The notes below the pieces were generated by a model, which was given only the letters and a program-made list of their open reading frames with translations, made no database searches and had not been told where the DNA came from. From Phoronis australis (lineage: Eukaryota > Animalia > Phoronida): DNA of 64,000 bases. Positions 60,401-64,000 of the stretch are shown here, in pieces (the stretch's first letter is position 1; each line of letters opens with the position of its first letter). The DNA is taken from assembly GCA_002633005.1 (NCBI GenBank), contig NMRA01000155.1, forward strand, positions 62,001 through 126,000, given 5' to 3'. The translations under genes and the position numbers were made by a program.

Positions 60401-61809
60401 TTATTGAGTTTTGAGTTTGATATGGATGGCTGAAGACAAGCATCCGTGGAATTTCTGGTCGGGAGTGTCATACCTAATAGGTATTATATGTAGTGTAATT
60501 GGGGACGATCAGCTGAGGACGCCTGTGAGCTATACTGGGTCTGGGGCCAGCTAGAGTCAGTAGAGACGGCGGTTGCTGTCTAGGTGGTGAATCAGCGGCA
60601 TTGGTCGGATATAGCAGGCATCCACTGAACAATGAGCGCATTTAGCGGTAATACTTTACAATATGACGACATTGACTTACACATATGATTTCAGTATTTA
60701 TGTTCAATTCCTTGCAACGTTATCGTTCTAAAAATACCACGATTTTTTTCCTACCCCGCTCCCTTAGTATTTTATCTCGAAATTTCTGATCGCACTATTT
60801 CCCGGTACTCGGTTGTAACACCGCCATGTTGGAATGGAAGGAGTCACCTGGCGGTCAAAAACTGAACTAATCTTCGATCCTATGGTGACCCTGGTACACA
60901 TCTGCTAGCAAGAATCCACGAAAAAGAGGCAGGTTGTTTTTGAGGTCCAACTTGGTGAAAAGGGTTTCACTTCAAACGATTTTCGAGGAAAAATGGTCAA
61001 ATGGTCAATTGTAAAAAATTTGGAAAAGGTAAAATGCCGCTACATGTTTCTCCATATTATGTCGGGAAAACTTTAGCGGGAATCTCGCGCGGGCAAACAC
61101 CATTCAGAATCGAGGATGCTGTTTCATTCATTAACAAGAGGTGTCGCTGTAATCTTGAGTTGAGCTAACATGCTCGCGGTAGGGGATACATTCATATACT
61201 CCGAAACCCTATAGTCGTCCGCCTAAGCATAAAACCGGCTTGTTGTCTTACTCACCCAATTATTCCACTTCAAAGTTATGATCTGAATAGGACTTGATTT
61301 AACTCTCACAAATATATAGTATTCGTTGATTCAAACGTTTTCTTTTACTTAAGCCGAGTTGTTCAACTGTGCATTGGTTTTCGGCAGCCATTTTATAATG
61401 ACACCTATGGTCGTCATGTGCTGCCGCCTTTTGAAAGGACAGAAAACCACACAGAAAAAGGCCAAGAAAATAGTGGAAAGTGGTTTACAGCAACTCNGAC
61501 GAGAGGTAATCGGACTATATATTTTTGGAAAGATAGCGATGAAAGGAATCGAACGATACCAAAATCATATGTGTAAGTCAATGTCGTCATATTGTAAATA
61601 ATTACCCATTTAGCTCATTGCACTGAATAATGGTCCCCTTATTCAGTGAATTAAACTGGCTCTCAAAATCAGGGACCGCTATTCCCGACATCATACATAT
61701 GGCAATGTTGAATCGGCTTGGCTGTCTAAGTATATTTTACTAGTAACTTTACCTGTTTCAAAATCTCTTGTTCTTTATTCGTGAGCTCTCCAGGCCACGA
61801 ATATGCCAT
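42272..61809 (-). CDS. SEC14L2: SEC14-like protein 2-like (CRAL-TRIO + GOLD domain lipid-binding protein), about 425 aa
   Basis: Exons 61809-61753, 51627-51558, [missing 3n+2 exon], 50689-50533, 49524-49430, 48624-48549, 48217-48137, 47431-47348, 45023-44917, 44582-44437, 43527-43358 and 42462-42272. Motifs [74 protein letters not shown] and LRFDNTYSW. The exact SEC14L2/3/4 orthology cannot be resolved. Confidence 0.92.
43358..43527 (-). CDS. SEC14L2: SEC14L exon (GOLD domain)
   Basis: [16 protein letters not shown]...[20 protein letters not shown]. Confidence 0.93.
44437..44582 (-). CDS. SEC14L2: SEC14L exon
   Basis: [48 protein letters not shown](R). Confidence 0.92.
44917..45023 (-). CDS. 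SEC14L2: SEC14L exon
   Basis: [35 protein letters not shown]. Confidence 0.93.
45700..47183. mobile_element. Kolobok-type DNA transposon derivative in a SEC14L intron
   Basis: TIR AGGAGAATGCCACC at both ends, flanked by ATAA (45696-45699) and TTAA (47184-47187). Encloses a THAP coding relic. Confidence 0.82.
46572..47031 (-). pseudogene. THAP zinc-finger protein relic with a 4-nt frameshift
   Basis: Removing the extra TTCC (47004-47007) gives [12 protein letters not shown]...FFRFP...W...VCGRH...[10 protein letters not shown], a C2CH THAP signature. Confidence 0.8.
47348..47431 (-). CDS. SEC14L2: SEC14L exon
   Basis: (A)[27 protein letters not shown]. Confidence 0.93.
48137..48217 (-). CDS. 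SEC14L2: SEC14L exon
   Basis: (G)[26 protein letters not shown]. Confidence 0.93.
48549..48624 (-). CDS. SEC14L2: SEC14L exon
   Basis: [25 protein letters not shown]. Confidence 0.92.
49430..49524 (-). CDS. SEC14L2: SEC14L exon
   Basis: (G)[31 protein letters not shown]. Confidence 0.92.
50533..50689 (-). CDS. SEC14L2: SEC14L exon
   Basis: [52 protein letters not shown]. Confidence 0.94.
51558..51627 (-). CDS. SEC14L2: SEC14L exon 2
   Basis: [23 protein letters not shown]. Confidence 0.93.
51841..51909. repeat. Perfect 69-bp palindrome
   Basis: 34-bp arms caaaagtgcaatattcacacaaaactgatagtta with a 1-nt spacer. Confidence 0.95.
52021..52125 (+). mobile_element. tRNA-derived SINE head (V/Nin-domain-like continuation)
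   Basis: A box TGGCTTGGTTG (52028-52038) and B box GGTTCGAGTCC (52071-52081), followed by cccttgagccagg. No complete cloverleaf. Confidence 0.65.
52884..53509. mobile_element. Non-autonomous TIR element (about 110-bp degenerate TIRs)
   Basis: ccaaaccc..gacttt(t)cccat..gacaaccctcaaa mirrored by tttgagggttgtc..atgggaaagtc..gggtttgg. Partial copy at 9530-9830. Confidence 0.7.
54371..54525. mobile_element. MITE, CAGGGGCGGATCC family (inverted relative to 20798)
   Basis: Aligns to 20798-21117 without the nested insert. Flanks CAATT/CAATC. Confidence 0.75.
54731..55097. mobile_element. Foldback-like MITE with internal 20-bp tandem repeats
   Basis: TIR TATCGTTGACCA..TGGGTGAA / TTCACCCA..TGGTCAACGATA. 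Unit ttactttacgccgtaaataa is repeated in opposite orientations in the two halves. Confidence 0.8.
57295..57371. other. Assembly gap (77 N)
   Basis: Run of N. Confidence 1.
58441..59119. mobile_element. Palindromic MITE, copy 1 (CACAGG termini, 8-bp TSD, P-element-like)
   Basis: About 300-bp inverted arms, CACAGGCGTCCTCAGC...GCTGAGGATGCCTGTG. TSD GCTCTACT/GCTATACT. Confidence 0.88.
59853..60527. mobile_element. Palindromic MITE, copy 2 (same family, different subfamily)
   Basis: About 290-bp inverted arms, CACAGGC...GCCTGTG. Perfect TSD AGCTATAC (59845-59852 and 60528-60535). Confidence 0.88.
61753..61809 (-). CDS. SEC14L2: SEC14L exon 1, coding part
   Basis: gcaccATGG Kozak context; [19 protein letters not shown]|gtaaag, phase 0. 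Resembles the G-x-L-S/T..Q..L N-terminus of SEC14L2-type proteins and joins FRENIQD. Confidence 0.85.
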
Positions 61810-62040
61810 GGTGCTATGACTGTGAATAGTATAATCATACAATGATTTCCGGCGTTTGATCGTTCACTTCATTCTGTTCAGCATCGCTGCACGACATTAC
61901 TTCCGGAAGGATTCCCGCATAAACTCGCAAATCACGAGATTCGTGTTGCTTGGTTACCAATAACGCCCTCGACTCACTGAGGTCATGTCACGTAATTCCA
62001 CTGACGAGCTGCTGTTCAGCGTTCGGCTCTCTTCTCATTA
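61810..62040 (-). promoter_or_regulatory. Probable 5' UTR and promoter of the SEC14L gene
   Basis: CpG-richer sequence directly upstream of the ATG, with an ETS-type ACTTCCGGAAG at 61899-61909. The call is positional. Confidence 0.45.
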
Positions 62041-63831
62041 ACCGCATTAGGTCACACCGGCGCGCTGATTGGAGACTGGCCCAGATTCATTTATTAGAGG
62101 CTGATCTAGGACTATGATAACTAAGGGCCCGGGCGGGTACTTTTGGGCAACATTTTGTCTCGGGCCAACCAAAACAATAGGGGGAACATTGCTAGCGCGC
62201 CGCCGGGCTGGAATTTCTTGAGATGCAAACGTTTTACTCGAAATGGGACGTCGAACTAAAAAAAACGGGAACCACGATTGTGCTCCCCCACTGCCACACA
62301 ATGGCACGCGCACACACTAACTGCATGTCGCAGTCAGCCGCGTATTAATTACCGGGGTTAATTAATAATTTTTTTTCATTTCCTCACGGCGCTCTTGCTG
62401 TTTTATTTTTTTTTGCGGCACCCAAGAAGGGGGGAGGGCTTCCCCCAAGCTGCCTCCCCCCCCCCCCTCCCCCCCGGCCAAATCAGTCTATGCTCATCAT
62501 GATGGCTCCCGATCGACCGGCGACCCTGAGTGCCATAGCCTCTATAGCGGCTGCGCGCTGCCCGGCCGGGCCCCGCCCGAGGCGGGCCGGAGGCAGGGCC
62601 AGGGCTAGGGGGCGACCACCCGGGAAATCTACAGGGACGGGCCCCGAGCATCAAAATCGGGGGTGGGGCATCCATGAAACCCTATGAATTCTTTTTGTGA
62701 CTGATTTGTTGTGCACTGACTAAAGTTCAAGTTCTATTTCAGTCACTAAAGTGACCACTTTAGCTTTTCCAAGTATATCGCCGGTCGGCGCACTAGCCCC
62801 CTACGCCTCTCCCCGGCATCAGTCACCAAACTTCAGCACGCTACTGGAATGAATCTACATCTCCTTAATATGTACCATACCGGCATACCGGTGAGGCAGT
62901 GTGGGCTTCCGTCGATCACTGGCCGCATGTGAGGCTGGGTGCCAGGCCCGTCGGAAGGCAAAAATTTCAATTGGGGCCGGGACGGGGGGCACAATTAAAC
63001 CATTTAGACTTCGGCAGCCCCCCATCGCCACCAACTCCAATGTACACCCTTCAACGCCTGAAGTTCAGTTCCCGTGGATCCATAAGATTCTGCGCGGACC
63101 TACTGCATGGTTATATTTTATTTTTAACGTGGGTGCGTCAGTCATGGCGTGCACGGGAATCAGGCAAGCAAACAATTCGGTTTTGAAGAACAAAAATCCA
63201 TTGCTCAATATTACGATAAAATGAAACACCAAGGAAGTACAAAAGACAACTTTTGCAAGAAATGACTTTAATTTTATTTATTTCAGGGCTTTTAAAACTT
63301 TTTTCGATCTACGGTTTGTGAGTCTGAATTTCTTCAACGTCTGTAAGAGTTACTTGAGATAGGCAAAAATCTTCTAAGTGTACATGTACTTCAGGCTGCA
63401 ATTAAATTCACTTAAATATCATCATTTCTTAGAAGATTAGCTTCTAATTGTCAAAAATCATCTATGAATCTATCGATTTTCGCAGATATATAAAAAGTAA
63501 AAGAGAAAACCAACGACTTTGTTAATCAAAACGAAATGTTATAAGCAATTTCCGCAGGCATGTTCTCAGATTTTTGACGGGTAACCGGGGAACTTGGGAG
63601 ATGGAGTGTTCGTATAAAAGTGTATTTTTGTTCATTTCAGAGGTATATGTACCTATAACGGTTCACGAGGTAAATCTGAACACCACTGACAAAAAACGCT
63701 GAAACCGTTGTTTATGATTGCGAGAGTTCTTTGACTACCCCCTATAGACAAGTACGCGGTCATCAGAAATAGTAGCACAGGCAGTAGTGTTTTCCACGTG
63801 TGGAAATTCCTTACAAACAAATGATAGTAAG

Positions 63832-64000
63832 CATGCACGCACCCAGGGGGGAGGGGCTTGCGGGGCTTTGACGAGCCCCTCCTCCCATTCGGCGAAGTGG
63901 GCAAAAAGGTCCGCCTAAGAGAAACAAAAAGTCCGAGGAAAATGAGACAAAACTCCACTAAAAAGGCAGAAAGGAATCAGGCGGGAATGCTCAATTCATA
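63832..64000. mobile_element. CATG-family MITE (runs off the window)
   Basis: catgcacgcacccagggg plus the family core shared with copies at 10231, 11482 and 29090. Confidence 0.8.

Noticed and set aside
62000-62035. Hammerhead ribozyme core (CTGACGAG); also CTGATGAG on the minus strand near 56740
   Set aside because: No GAAA after a stem II and no compatible stems I and III.
62403-63224. Pro/Arg/Gly-rich ORFs
   Set aside because: Expected by-products of GC-rich sequence, with no domain signal.

Overview
AT-rich, intron-containing animal DNA, most likely a draft assembly of a marine invertebrate (single-N joins at 18276, 51129 and 61497, NN at 24909-24910, a 77-N gap at 57295-57371). Four host genes, all on the minus strand: two tandem paralogous class A GPCRs of the FMRFamide/GPR139-like peptide receptor group (1-498, running off the window edge, and 6370-7548), a complete 6-exon TMEM208 (27877-36276), and a SEC14L2-like CRAL-TRIO+GOLD lipid-binding protein (42272-61809). 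One exon of the SEC14L gene is missing, probably lost at an assembly join. The rest is rich in non-autonomous DNA transposons and SINE remnants. The most unusual observations are (1) two different palindromic MITE subfamily copies with 8-bp TSDs that sit in the same 17-bp target motif offset by one base, suggesting sequence-specific targeting, and (2) a 3.06-kb TIR element with a 5-bp TSD carrying a decayed C2H2 zinc-finger gene and a convergent coding-like relic. A Kolobok-type element with a frameshifted THAP gene lies in a SEC14L intron. All calls come from manual reading and recalled family knowledge. No searches were run.
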